From an uncultured Gemmatimonadales bacterium (lineage in GTDB: Bacteria > Gemmatimonadota > Gemmatimonadetes > Palauibacterales > Palauibacteraceae), in assembly GCA_947259585.1 (NCBI GenBank), contig CAMYMV010000006.1:18025-82024 (forward strand): DNA of 64,000 nt, written 5' to 3'. This document shows, piece after piece, positions 46,832 to 56,756 of this stretch (position 1 is its first letter; each line of letters starts with the position of its first letter). The translations under genes and the position numbers were made by a program. The notes under the pieces were generated by a model. That model made no database searches and was not told the origin of the DNA. It saw only the letters and a list, made by a program, of their open reading frames with translations.

Positions 46832-47365
46832 TCACCCATCCAATAGGGCCGTGAAGCAGCGCGCCCAGAGAAGGGAGCAGATCGTCTTGGAATCCGCGAT
46901 CTCGCCCTCCTCGATGAGACGGAAAGCTTCCGCCACCGGAAGCGTCTCCGTCTCTATGAACTCGCCTCTCTCGGGGGCGGCTCGGCCCTCCGAAAGACCG
47001 GTCGCCACGTAGATGTCGATCTGCTCGTCCGTGAATCCCGGCGTCGTGTAGATCGACGTCAGCTTCTCCAGCTCCGCCGTCCGCAGCCCCGCTTCCTCCT
47101 CCAACTCGCGCCGTGCGCAAAGCTCCGGCGCCTCGCCCGCATCGAGCTTTCCCGCCGGAATCTCCCACACGTAGCCGCCGGCGGCATATCTGTACTGCCG
47201 GAGCAGAACGACCGCGGCCCCGTCGCCGCTCGACCACTCTCCCGGCCTGTAAACAGGAAGGACGGCCACCGCGCCTGGATGGCGGATAATCTCCAGCTCG
47301 CCCACAGATCCATCCGGCAGGCGAACCCGGTCGCGGCGTACCTTGAAGAAACTGCCCCCATACAC
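46832..47365 (-). CDS. NUDIX hydrolase (ADP-ribose pyrophosphatase-like)
   Basis: The Nudix box is GKLDAGEAPELCARRELEEEAGL. Confidence 0.75.
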   Translation of the reverse strand: MYGGSFFKVRRDRVRLPDGSVGELEIIRHPGAVAVLPVYRPGEWSSGDGAAVVLLRQYRYAAGGYVWEIPAGKLDAGEAPELCARRELEEEAGLRTAELEKLTSIYTTPGFTDEQIDIYVATGLSEGRAAPERGEFIETETLPVAEAFRLIEEGEIADSKTICSLLWARCFTALLDG

Positions 47366-47478
47366 GACGCGGCTGTCAATTTGGCCGGTATCGGGGGGCT
47401 TCAGCTTCGGCTCCTTGGTACTGCCCGATACGAATCAGCCCCGAACATAGCCGAAGGTTTCCCGAAAGTCAAGGCCTA

Positions 47479-48846
47479 TCAACCGCTTTCGGCGTTTTCA
47501 ACCCTCACATCCCCCACGTCTTCCAGCATCGGCCCCACCTCGGTGGCGGCGGCCACGGCGAGCAACGTCATGGACTCCGCCGAGATTCGAGACCCGGCCG
47601 CTTCGACGATCTCCTCCGGCGTGACGGCCTCCACCCGGTCTACGTACGTCTCCCAGTAGTCTTCCGGCAATTCGTAGATCTGTTGGGTCGCCACCTTCCG
47701 CGTCACGAGGCTCGGCGTCTCGAATTGGCGCGGTAGGGACAGGGTGAGCGCGTTCTTCGCGAGCCGCAGCTCGTCAGCGTCGGGCGGACGCTCCACTAAG
47801 CTTCGGATCTCGGCCAGTATCTCTCGGAACGCGCCGGCGGCCGCCGCGCTCTCCACCGCGGTGCTCACCACGAACGGACCCGCACTGCGACGAAACCCGA
47901 ACGAGCTGCGCGCCCCGTACGTCCAGCCCTTGTCCTCTCGCAAGTTCATGTTGATCCGCGAGTTGAACAGCCCGCCGAGGATCGCGTTCGCCAGGGTCGC
48001 CGGGAAGAAATCCGGCGCCCCGTACTCCATTCCGATGCGACCGACGCGGATCTCCGCCTGGGCGCTGTGCTCCCGGTCCACGAGGAGCAGCCCGCCGGCA
48101 GGCGCTTCGCTCGACGGCGGGGGAAGCTCACTGATGCCGCCAGCGCCGGTCCAGTCGTCGAACCGGAGCGCCACCGCGTCCTTGAACGCCAGAGGGTCCA
48201 GCGCGCCGCACGCGATCAACACTGCGCCGTCGGGCAGGTACTGGTCTTCGTGGAACCCGGTCACCTCGCCGGCGCCCAGCCTGGCCACCGTTTCCGGCTC
48301 CCCACCGGCCGGCCGGCCGTACGGATGGTCTCCGTAGATCGTCCGGATGAGCCGAAGGTCGGCGAGAACCGCCGGCTCATCCAGGTGGCGCTCTATCTCG
48401 TCCAGACGTTCCTGACGGACCCGAGCGACCTCCTCCTCCTCGAACGCTGGCTCCCGGACCACGGCCCGGAGGTAGTCCAGCGCCCCATCCGACACGTCGC
48501 TGAGGAAGTGCATCGAGAGGTTGGCCACGTCGTAACCGACGCTGGCTCCGAAGGCGGCGCCCAGCCGGTCCAGCCAGGCCGCCATCTCCAGCGCCGAGCG
48601 CCCCGCCGCACCCTCGCTGAGCAGCCGGCCCGTCAACTCGGCCACGCCCCCCAGCTCGGGCCGCTCCGCCGCGGCGCCCGCCTCCAGGATGAGGCGCAGC
48701 GAGACCTCCGGCAGCTTCCGGTTCTCGGCGACCAGCAGCTTCAGGCCGTTGTCCAGACGGAAGCGATGGAAGAACGGCAGCTCGAGGGGCCGGAGCTCCT
48801 CGGAGGGAGGGGGACGGGTACGATCCAACGCGCCGGCCGTGCTCAT
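47479..48846 (-). CDS. M16 family peptidase, non-catalytic-type subunit
   Basis: Insulinase-like fold without HxxEH. It is paired with the upstream catalytic M16 gene. ATG at 48846 directly follows that gene's stop. The track start at 48933 overlaps by 91 nt. Confidence 0.75.
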   Translation of the reverse strand: MSTAGALDRTRPPPSEELRPLELPFFHRFRLDNGLKLLVAENRKLPEVSLRLILEAGAAAERPELGGVAELTGRLLSEGAAGRSALEMAAWLDRLGAAFGASVGYDVANLSMHFLSDVSDGALDYLRAVVREPAFEEEEVARVRQERLDEIERHLDEPAVLADLRLIRTIYGDHPYGRPAGGEPETVARLGAGEVTGFHEDQYLPDGAVLIACGALDPLAFKDAVALRFDDWTGAGGISELPPPSSEAPAGGLLLVDREHSAQAEIRVGRIGMEYGAPDFFPATLANAILGGLFNSRINMNLREDKGWTYGARSSFGFRRSAGPFVVSTAVESAAAAGAFREILAEIRSLVERPPDADELRLAKNALTLSLPRQFETPSLVTRKVATQQIYELPEDYWETYVDRVEAVTPEEIVEAAGSRISAESMTLLAVAAATEVGPMLEDVGDVRVENAESG

Positions 48847-50162
48847 TCGGCCTCCGAGTCCTCGGGCGAGGGAACGACGTGAAGCGACACGAGCCGGTCG
48901 TCGTCGAAGATCTCGCCGGCGAGCCCGGCGCACCCTTCCAGCGTCACCTCCCGGTAGCGGGAGAAGGCGTCGTTCACGTATGCCGGCTCTCCCCTCAGCA
49001 CAGCGGCATGGGCAAAGGCATCCGCGCGCTCTCCGATGCCGTTCAGTTGCTGCACCAGCGCTCGACGCGCCCGGTTTCTGGCTCCCTCCACCTCGTCCTC
49101 GTTCAACCCGTCACCGCCAAGACCGGCGATGGCTTCCATCATCGCTTCCTCCAGGCTCTCCGCGGAGACGCCGGGCCGGGCCGTCGCGACGACGAAGAAC
49201 ATGCCGGCGCACTCGGTAGGCCAGGTAAAGGCGTGCACTTCTCCCGCGATGCGCTTGTCATAGATCAGCCCGTGATGAAGGCGGGAGCTCTTGCCGTCCG
49301 CCAGGAGATGGCTCAGGAGATCCGACGTCTCGAACTCGGGCGCGTTGAAGGAAGGTGCGTGGTACATCAGGTAGACCCGCGGCACGTGGACCTGGTCCTC
49401 GATCGTCCCCCGTCGCTCACCATCCAGAGCGGGGGGCCGGACCTCCACCGGTGGGGGTCGGGGACGGGGCGGAATCTCGCCGAAGTACCGGTCGATGCGA
49501 CGAAGCGCGTCCTTCGTGTCGAAGTCGCCGGCCAGGACCAGGACCGCGTTGTTCGGGCCGTAGTAGCTGTCGAAGAACTCGTGGACGTTCTCCAACGTCG
49601 CCGCGTCGAGATCCTCCATGAAGCCAATGGTTGGGTGCCGGTACGGATGGCCCTCGAGGTATGCCATGCGAAGCACCGTCTCGAACGCCAGTCCGTAAGG
49701 CCGGTTCTCGTAGGCCTGCCGCCGCTCGTTCTTCACCACGTCCCGCTGGTTGTCCAGCTTCTCCTGCGTGATGCCGGGGGCGAAGAAGCCCATGCGGTCC
49801 GATTCGAGCCAGAGCGCGAGGTCCAGGTGGCTGGACGGCAGCGTCTCGTAGTAGTTGGTGCGATCGAACCAGGTCGACCCGTTCAACGTTCCGCCGGCGT
49901 TCTGGATGAACTTGAAGTGCTCGCTCTCCGCGACGTGCTCCGACCCCTGGAACAGCAGGTGCTCGAACAGGTGGGCAAAGCCTTTCCGGCCGGTCCGCTC
50001 GTCCTTGGACCCGACATGGTACATGAGGTGGACGGCCACGATGGGAGCCGCCCGATCCTCGTGCAGGACGACCCTGAGGCCGTTGTCCAGAACCTGTTCC
50101 TCGAAGTCGAAGCTGACTTCGCTCGCATCGCGTGACCGGGGAGGGGGCGAAGATGAATGACT
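48843..50162 (-). CDS. M16 family zinc peptidase (HxxEH, pitrilysin-like)
   Basis: HLFEHLLFQGSEH is the inverted zinc motif. The start is trimmed because the track N-terminus (50315) overlaps the 3' end of rnpB. The proposed start is TTG 50162 (AAAGGAG 10 nt upstream), or alternatively GTG 50192. Confidence 0.7.
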   Translation of the reverse strand, partial: SHSSSPPPRSRDASEVSFDFEEQVLDNGLRVVLHEDRAAPIVAVHLMYHVGSKDERTGRKGFAHLFEHLLFQGSEHVAESEHFKFIQNAGGTLNGSTWFDRTNYYETLPSSHLDLALWLESDRMGFFAPGITQEKLDNQRDVVKNERRQAYENRPYGLAFETVLRMAYLEGHPYRHPTIGFMEDLDAATLENVHEFFDSYYGPNNAVLVLAGDFDTKDALRRIDRYFGEIPPRPRPPPVEVRPPALDGERRGTIEDQVHVPRVYLMYHAPSFNAPEFETSDLLSHLLADGKSSRLHHGLIYDKRIAGEVHAFTWPTECAGMFFVVATARPGVSAESLEEAMMEAIAGLGGDGLNEDEVEGARNRARRALVQQLNGIGERADAFAHAAVLRGEPAYVNDAFSRYREVTLEGCAGLAGEIFDDDRLVSLHVVPSPEDSEAE

Positions 50163-50251
50163 CAAGGCCGTTCGGCTCCTTTCGTGACTCACTGACCGGA
50201 TGCCGACCGGATGAGGGTCGACGGCCGGTGACGGCCGCCGAATGTAGTGAA

Positions 50252-50650
50252 GGTTGCGGAGGGACGTAAGCCGGGTTCTGTGGCGGGGCGTTGTAGGACG
50301 CCCCGCGGAGGTCATCTGTCTCGGACGACCGGTTGCCCGGCGTCTCTAGCGGCCTACCCGGAGCTCGATCGCGGCGGGCCGCCGCTCGCTCCCTATTTGG
50401 CCTTGCTCCCGGTGGGGTTTGTCGTGCCGTCGCTGTCTCCAGCGGCGCGGTGGGCTCTTACCCCACCTTTTCACCCTTGCCTGTGCGGCCGAAGCCGCCA
50501 TCGGCGGTCTGCTCTCTGTGACACTTTCCGTCGCCTTGCGGCGCCCGGGCGTTACCCGGCACCGTGCCCTGCAGAGCCCGGACTTTCCTCGAACCGCACC
50601 TCGAGACTCGCTCGATGCCGGCCCGCGACCTCCCGTCCCTCCGCAAGGAG
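50252..50650 (-). ncRNA. rnpB: RNase P RNA (bacterial type A)
   Basis: The minus strand carries the universally conserved P4 half GAGGAAAGTCCGGGCTC. It also carries GGGTAACGCCCGGG, AAGGGTGAAAAGGTGGGGTAAGAGCCCACC, and the 3' motif ACAGAACCCGGCTTAC. The P1 helix strands TTGCGGAGGGAC and GTCCCTCCGCAA are complementary. The element is not in the ORF track and is overlapped by spurious ORFs on both strands. Confidence 0.85.
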
Positions 50651-50940
50651 TGCTACAGCGGGCGGCAGCGGATGGTTTCCCTGCGGTTTCCCTGCCCGCG
50701 GATTCAGCCATGCCGGCGCGTCGCCCAACGCCGTCGCCCAACGCCGCCACCAGACCCGGCACGGACTGTCTCAAGCGGAGCGCGGAGCATAGTTTAGGTG
50801 TGCGGGTATCCGTTCTATCCGGGCTGGATCGACGATCCGTTTCGGCTGGGATTCCGGGTATTTTCTTGTTTACGAGAGAAGGCATGCGGAACGGGTGCGA
50901 GGGACCGGGCGCCTGCACGGGTCCGCGGCACAGCAGCGGC

Positions 50941-53628
50941 ATGAGACGCTCCGGCCGGTGGCTCGGGGCGGTCGTGGCGCTGTCGCTCATCGGTTGCACC
51001 GACAGCCAGACGGCCTCGACCCAGCCGGGGGTCGGGCCGGCGCTCCTTGAGGCCCTCTCGGCGGGCGCGGACACGGTCGAGATGGGAGCCGTGATCGATC
51101 CCTCCATCGCCGTCCGCGTCGTAGCGACCACGGGTGATCCGGTGGAAGGCATCCCCGTTCGATTCCTACTCGAATCGGGTCCCGGTCGCGTCTTCCCGAG
51201 CCTCGCCGTCTCGGACGAGGAGGGAGTGGCAGAGGCGTTCTTCGAGGCGGACGGCGTCGCGGACGAGAGTCGCATCCGGGCGGATATCCCCAGCGCGAGC
51301 AATGTCGAGGCGGTCAGTTTCGATGTGCTCACCGTCCCATCCGCCTTCGTGCAGCTGGCTTCGGAGGAGGGCAACGGGCAGGTAGCCGAGATCGAATCCC
51401 AGCTGCCGCTGCCTTTCATCGTAAACGCCTCGGTGGGCGAGGGCATGCCGGTCGCCGGCATACCGATCGCCTGGTTCGTGGAGGGTGAGGTCGGCGGAGT
51501 CCGCCTCAGCGCCGACACGACATTCACGGATGAAACGGGCCGGGCCGAAACGCTCCTGACGCTCGGTCCGGAGACGGGCGTGGTGACCGTCGCCGCCCAT
51601 GCCACGCGCACGACCGCCTCCGACACGATCCGCTTCACCGCATCGGCGCGGGCGGTGCTGGAGACGGGTGTGATCGTGGACTTCGTCGACCCGTTGCCGC
51701 TGAAGGCGGGGGAGCAAGCGACGATGTTCGGCGCCGGCTTCAGCGAACAGATCGACGAGAACGAGGTCCGAGTCGAAGGGGTCATCGCCGAGATCGTGTC
51801 GGCGAGTCCGACGGAGATCTCATTCGTCGTCCCGGCCTTTCTCGATCGCTGCCTCCCCGAACGCGACGTGGGGGTCCGCGCGCTCGTCGGGGGCGAGGCG
51901 AGTAACGGCCAGCTCGTGCAGCTACAGCCGGCCCAGGCTCCGGTTGAACTGGCGGTGGGCCAGACGGCACTTCTGCGAGGAGACGCAGCGCTGTGCGTCC
52001 AACTCTCCTCGTCGCTCGGGCGGACCGACTTCGTCTTCCATGTCCAGAGCGCCAGCCGTGCGCCCGAGGCGGTCGCGTCGTTTCGGATGGGCTTGAGGGC
52101 GCCGGAGGAGAGCGAGCTGGGCTCGGCGGACCTGCTGCAGACGGAGGTCGAAGCCATCGATGAAGTCGGATTCTACGGCGAGGCGTTCGGCGAGGCCTTC
52201 ATCTCTTCGCAGGCGCTCGCGGAGCTGCTGGATCGGGAGGCGCGTCCGATGCGGGTCGCCGAGCCGGCCGTTCGCGCCGCCGTTCAGCCTGCCGATCTCG
52301 CGGTAGGCGACATCCTCCCGGTCCAGTTCGCCGTCAACTCCGACTTGTCGGTTTCCTGCGAATCGCCGGCCCGGATCATCGACGGCGTCGTGCGAGCCAT
52401 CGGCGAGCGGACGTTGATCGTCGAAGACCCACAGGCTCCGGCCGCGGGCTTCACGGACACCGACTGGCGACTCATCGCCGATGAGTTCGACGCCACCATC
52501 TACCCCACCGGCACAGCCTACTTTGGAGAGGCGGCGGATCTGGATGGCAACGGCCGGGTCACGCTGGCGTTCACGCAAGAGGTCAACAGCCTGACACCGC
52601 CGGGGGGCGGCCGGATCAACGGCTTCTTCCTCCTCAGCGACCTCGCCGCGAGCGGCAGAGAGGGCGGAGCGGGAGTCCCGGGCGAAGGAGGCGCCACCTG
52701 CCCCGCCAGCAACGAGGGCGAGATCCTCTACATCGGCGTGGCGGACCCGAACGGGGAGTTCGGGAGCCCGTTCACAAAGGCACAGGCACTGAGAGCGGCT
52801 CGCCGGACCGCCGCGCACGAGCTTCAGCACCTGCTTGCCGCGCAGCAGCGCGTCGTTCTGGGTAGCCAAGACTTCGGATCGGTCGAGGAGAGCTGGCTCG
52901 ACGAAGGGCTCTCCCACCTGGCCGAAGAGCTCGTCGGCCTGCGACTGATGGAGCTGCCCGAGGGCCAGAACATCACGTTCGATCTGATCGGGGGCGACCG
53001 CGACCGTCTCGATATCTTCAACATCTACCTGATCCCCAACTTCTTCAGCCTTGGCCTTTACATGGCCGCTCCGGGGATCGCTCCCGTCCTCGCGCCCTTC
53101 GACCCCGGCGGACTCGGAAGCGAGCAGATGAGAGGCTTCGGGCTCTTCTTCCTGCGGTGGCTCCTGGACCACCACGGCGGCGACGATCCCGCGGCGTTCA
53201 TCCGGGCGCTGGCGAGCGGCGGCGGCGGACAGCGCCAGGGGATCGCGAACGTGGAGAACGAGACCGGACGTGCCTGGGAGGATCTGATCGCCGAGTTCGC
53301 GATCACGCTCGCGGTGGACGATACGGAAGTGGCGGGTCTCGATACCCGCTACCAGATCACGACGTGGAACCTCCGCGACATATTCGCCGCGCTGAACGAG
53401 AATCCGGGTGCAGGACAACGCTTCCCCGTCCCGTACCCGCTGGCTCTCTCGCCTCTCGGCTTCGTGACGCGGGCGCTTGATTTCGACCTGAACGCCTCGA
53501 CGGAAGCCTACTTCAGACTCGCCGGCCAGAGCGAAGCCCCCGCCCTAGCGATCGAGCTGTTCGGGCAGGACGGTGCAGCCCTCCCGCCCACCGCCGTCGC
53601 GCAAGTCCTGATCATGCGAACGCGGTGA
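50941..53628 (+). CDS. Secreted lipoprotein with gluzincin-like HExxH...WLDEG metallopeptidase motif
   Basis: ATG 50941 gives MRRSGRWLGAVVALSLIGC (lipobox). Ig-like beta segments lie N-terminally. AAHELQHLL is followed 20 aa later by WLDEGLSHLAEE (M1-like E third ligand). The track start at 50419 overlaps rnpB. Confidence 0.55.
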   Translation: MRRSGRWLGAVVALSLIGCTDSQTASTQPGVGPALLEALSAGADTVEMGAVIDPSIAVRVVATTGDPVEGIPVRFLLESGPGRVFPSLAVSDEEGVAEAFFEADGVADESRIRADIPSASNVEAVSFDVLTVPSAFVQLASEEGNGQVAEIESQLPLPFIVNASVGEGMPVAGIPIAWFVEGEVGGVRLSADTTFTDETGRAETLLTLGPETGVVTVAAHATRTTASDTIRFTASARAVLETGVIVDFVDPLPLKAGEQATMFGAGFSEQIDENEVRVEGVIAEIVSASPTEISFVVPAFLDRCLPERDVGVRALVGGEASNGQLVQLQPAQAPVELAVGQTALLRGDAALCVQLSSSLGRTDFVFHVQSASRAPEAVASFRMGLRAPEESELGSADLLQTEVEAIDEVGFYGEAFGEAFISSQALAELLDREARPMRVAEPAVRAAVQPADLAVGDILPVQFAVNSDLSVSCESPARIIDGVVRAIGERTLIVEDPQAPAAGFTDTDWRLIADEFDATIYPTGTAYFGEAADLDGNGRVTLAFTQEVNSLTPPGGGRINGFFLLSDLAASGREGGAGVPGEGGATCPASNEGEILYIGVADPNGEFGSPFTKAQALRAARRTAAHELQHLLAAQQRVVLGSQDFGSVEESWLDEGLSHLAEELVGLRLMELPEGQNITFDLIGGDRDRLDIFNIYLIPNFFSLGLYMAAPGIAPVLAPFDPGGLGSEQMRGFGLFFLRWLLDHHGGDDPAAFIRALASGGGGQRQGIANVENETGRAWEDLIAEFAITLAVDDTEVAGLDTRYQITTWNLRDIFAALNENPGAGQRFPVPYPLALSPLGFVTRALDFDLNASTEAYFRLAGQSEAPALAIELFGQDGAALPPTAVAQVLIMRTR

Positions 53629-53717
53629 CGCGCCAGGTCGGACTGGACAGCGAGCGCCGTTCGACGAAACTTCTCCCACCCTCTCCTCGTCATCGAATAC
53701 CGATGAGAAGGCATGCG

Positions 53718-54392
53718 ATGAACAGGCTCGTACGATCGGCGACATTCTTGTGGGTGTGGGTGGGGCTCACCGCCCCCTCGCCCGCCCTTGCACAGGATTT
53801 CCCGGAGCTCGAGGAGCGGGACGAGCGGGAACGGACCCGAAGCGTCGGCGTGGTCACCGGCTACTTCGGCGTCATGGCGCCGCTGGCAAACTTGACGGAG
53901 GACCCCGAGAGCTTCAGCACGGACGTGAGCATCTCGATCGCCTTCGGGGGTGAGTTCGACTACTTCTTCAAGAGTGGCTTCGGCGTCGGGGTCACCGGGC
54001 TCTACGCTCCAGCGAAGCTGACGATCTCGCCGGAGGACGTTCCGGTCGCGGCGCCTCCCGACCTGGGCAACGCCAAGTGGACGACCCTCACCGCCAACCT
54101 GATGTACCGGGTCGATCTGAAGGGCCCGGCGGGAATGGTAGAGCCCTACGTCCTGGTCGGCGGCGGCATCCGAAATCTCAACGTCGACCCGATCGCCTCT
54201 CCGCAGGCCACCGACGCCACGAACGGGGTCTTCAACTTCGGACTCGGAGCGTTCACGCTCGTAGCAGAGCACTGGGCGATTCGACTCGACCTCCGCGGAT
54301 ACATCTCTCCGTTCAACGTCGAGGCCACCGACAACACCAGGACTCAGTTCGATACGACCATCCTGTTCGGCATCTCCTACGGCTTCCCGTAG
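53718..54392 (+). CDS. Outer-membrane beta-barrel protein (OmpW/OmpA-barrel-like)
   Basis: ATG 53718 has GAGAAGG upstream. The signal peptide is MNRLVRSATFLWVWVGLTAPSPALA. Alternating amphipathic strands lead to a C-terminal aromatic end ...ILFGISYGFP. Confidence 0.6.
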   Translation: MNRLVRSATFLWVWVGLTAPSPALAQDFPELEERDERERTRSVGVVTGYFGVMAPLANLTEDPESFSTDVSISIAFGGEFDYFFKSGFGVGVTGLYAPAKLTISPEDVPVAAPPDLGNAKWTTLTANLMYRVDLKGPAGMVEPYVLVGGGIRNLNVDPIASPQATDATNGVFNFGLGAFTLVAEHWAIRLDLRGYISPFNVEATDNTRTQFDTTILFGISYGFP

Positions 54393-54519
54393 TGGCGGTC
54401 CGACGGTACAACCAAAGGGCCGGTCCTCCTGTCCTAAGCAGTGAATCGATTCGCGGGCGCCCCCGCCTTCCCGGCGGTGCCCTGCCGTAGCCTCAGACGA
54501 CAGCAAGGAGTTTCATCAA

Positions 54520-56700
54520 GTGCGCATCCTCAGCGTGACCCTCTTAGCATTCGTGCTCGCGGCCTGCGCGAGCTCGACGACAGGCAGCGCTCCGGCCGGC
54601 ACGCCGGGCGCCGGCGTCTCACAGCCAGCCGGGGACGCCTCCGACGCAGCCGGCGAAGCCTCGGAAGCGGCTAGAGCCGATCAGGCCTCCGACACCGAGG
54701 CAGACGCCGATCAGCAGCCGCAGGACCAGAACCCGCACATCGCCGGCGACATGGTGGCGTCGGCCCGCGTGACCGACATCGAGCTCTCGCCGTCGCCGAT
54801 CGTCCTCACCCGCGGCGACGTCATCCGGGTGGAGGGCCATCTGACCGATGCCGATGGGAACCGAGTGACCGGCGCCAGGTGGGGGATCGGCGCAGGCGGA
54901 CCGATCGACATCGAGTCGATCAAGGACAGCATCCCGGACAGCTATCTGTTTCGGGGTGTGAGCGCGGGCTCGACGGAGATCTACATCGTCCTGCCGAAGC
55001 CGACCGAGGAGGGGGTCGAGTGGACCCGCATCGCGAGCTTCGATGTCGTGGTGAACGATTGGCCCGTCGCTCGGGTGGACGTCGATCCGCCGGCTTTCGG
55101 GACCTATGCTGGCAGCGTGTTCGGCCTGGAGGCTCGCGCGATCACGACTCACGAGACCGAGCACGCCACGGCGAAAGCCCGCTGGTCCAGCTCGAACCCC
55201 GAGATCGTGTCGGTGACGCCCGACGGCATCGCCACGTTCCGGACGCCCGGGCGGGCCGTGCTGACGGCCTCGGCCGAGGGCCTCGACGGCTCGTTGACCG
55301 TCGACGTGAAGCCCAACCCGGTTCGATCGGTCGGGCTCGACGCGAGCGCGAGCGGCGTACGCACCGGCGACGTGGTGCACCTTACCCCGGCCATATCGGG
55401 GAGCGGCAACCGCGCCCTGGATGATGTCAACGTCAGCTACTCGGTGTCGGCGATCGACGGCCCGACGGATGGAGCCGATGTATTCGGCGATGGCACCTTC
55501 GTGGCGAACTCGCCCGGCGCGTACCGCGTGATGGTGACGGCCGGCGGGCAATCGGCAACGGTGGTCATCGAGGCGGCACCCAGAGCGGCTCGCCGCGTCA
55601 GCCAGCTCGTGGGCCGCGGCGCGGTGTCGCACGTGGCGACCAGCGACCTCTGGGTCTTCCAGGGCAGCGACGGGCGCGATTACGCCTACACGGGCACTCA
55701 CGCCCAGGGAGGCGGAGAGCGCATGTACGCGTGGGACGTGACGGATGCGAGCTCGCCGGTGCTCACCGACTCGGTCGTGGTGGACGCCCGGGTGGTAAAC
55801 GACGTGAAGGTGAACGCGGACGCGAGTTGGGCGATGATCACCCGCGAGGGTGCCAGCAGCCGGCGCAACGGGATCATCGTGCTGGACCTGGCCGATCCCG
55901 CGCATCCCACGATCATCGCCGAACTGACCGACAGCCTGACGGCCGGGATCCACAACGTCTGGATCAACGGGGATGTCGTCTATGCGGTCAACGACGGCAC
56001 GAGCGCCATGCACATCATCGAGATGGCGGACCCGACGAACCCCAGGCACATCGGCCGCTGGGAGGTGAGACCGGGCGAGGAGAACAAGAGCCTCCACGAT
56101 GTGTGGGCGGAGGACGGCTTCGCGTATCTCTCCTACTGGGATGACGGACTCATCGTTCTGGACGTGGGGGACGGCGCGAAGGGTGGCACCGCGAGGGAGC
56201 CGAAGTTCGTCTCGCAGTACCAGTACCGCACCTACCAGCCGGAGGAGTACGGCAACACACACACCGCCTACCGGTATGGTGATTACGTCTTCACTGGCGA
56301 TGAGATCTTCGGGTGTGGCGACTGCGTGAACGGACCGCGCGGATACATCCACGTGGTGGATGTGAGCGATATCGAGAACCCGAAGCAGGTCGCCCGGTAC
56401 GAGGTGCCCGAAGCCGGGGCGCACAACATCTGGGTCGAAGATGGCCTGCTCTACATCGCCTACTACCAGGGCGGACTTCGGGTGGTGGATGTCTCGGGCG
56501 AGCTCCGCGGCGACCTCTACAAGCAGGGACGCGAGGTGGCGTGGTTCCAGTCGGCCGGAAAAGAGGGGGAGGCCGTCGTGCCGAACGCCCCCCTAGCCTG
56601 GGGACCGCAGCCGCACAAGGGCAACGTCTTCGTGTCGGACATGAACAGCGGGCTCTGGGTGATCCAGGTCGAACCGCCGGAGCGGCCGCTCGTTCCGTAG
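54520..56700 (+). CDS. Lipoprotein with Big_2-like Ig domains and C-terminal LVIVD-repeat beta-propeller
   Basis: GTG start with AGGAG 10 nt upstream. Lipobox LAAC. The LVIVD-type repeats are IIVLDLADPAHP, LIVLDVGDG, IHVVDVSDIENP and LRVVDVSGEL. Confidence 0.7.
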   Translation: MRILSVTLLAFVLAACASSTTGSAPAGTPGAGVSQPAGDASDAAGEASEAARADQASDTEADADQQPQDQNPHIAGDMVASARVTDIELSPSPIVLTRGDVIRVEGHLTDADGNRVTGARWGIGAGGPIDIESIKDSIPDSYLFRGVSAGSTEIYIVLPKPTEEGVEWTRIASFDVVVNDWPVARVDVDPPAFGTYAGSVFGLEARAITTHETEHATAKARWSSSNPEIVSVTPDGIATFRTPGRAVLTASAEGLDGSLTVDVKPNPVRSVGLDASASGVRTGDVVHLTPAISGSGNRALDDVNVSYSVSAIDGPTDGADVFGDGTFVANSPGAYRVMVTAGGQSATVVIEAAPRAARRVSQLVGRGAVSHVATSDLWVFQGSDGRDYAYTGTHAQGGGERMYAWDVTDASSPVLTDSVVVDARVVNDVKVNADASWAMITREGASSRRNGIIVLDLADPAHPTIIAELTDSLTAGIHNVWINGDVVYAVNDGTSAMHIIEMADPTNPRHIGRWEVRPGEENKSLHDVWAEDGFAYLSYWDDGLIVLDVGDGAKGGTAREPKFVSQYQYRTYQPEEYGNTHTAYRYGDYVFTGDEIFGCGDCVNGPRGYIHVVDVSDIENPKQVARYEVPEAGAHNIWVEDGLLYIAYYQGGLRVVDVSGELRGDLYKQGREVAWFQSAGKEGEAVVPNAPLAWGPQPHKGNVFVSDMNSGLWVIQVEPPERPLVP

Positions 56701-56756
56701 ACCGAGCCGGCCGGGCCGGGTGATCTTCGACCGTCTTGACCAGGAAGCGATCAGAC

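Noticed and set aside
50419-53628. 1069-aa track ORF start at 50419
   Set aside because: Its first ~170 codons overlap the rnpB gene and the promoter region. An internal ATG at 50941 yields a canonical lipoprotein signal peptide.
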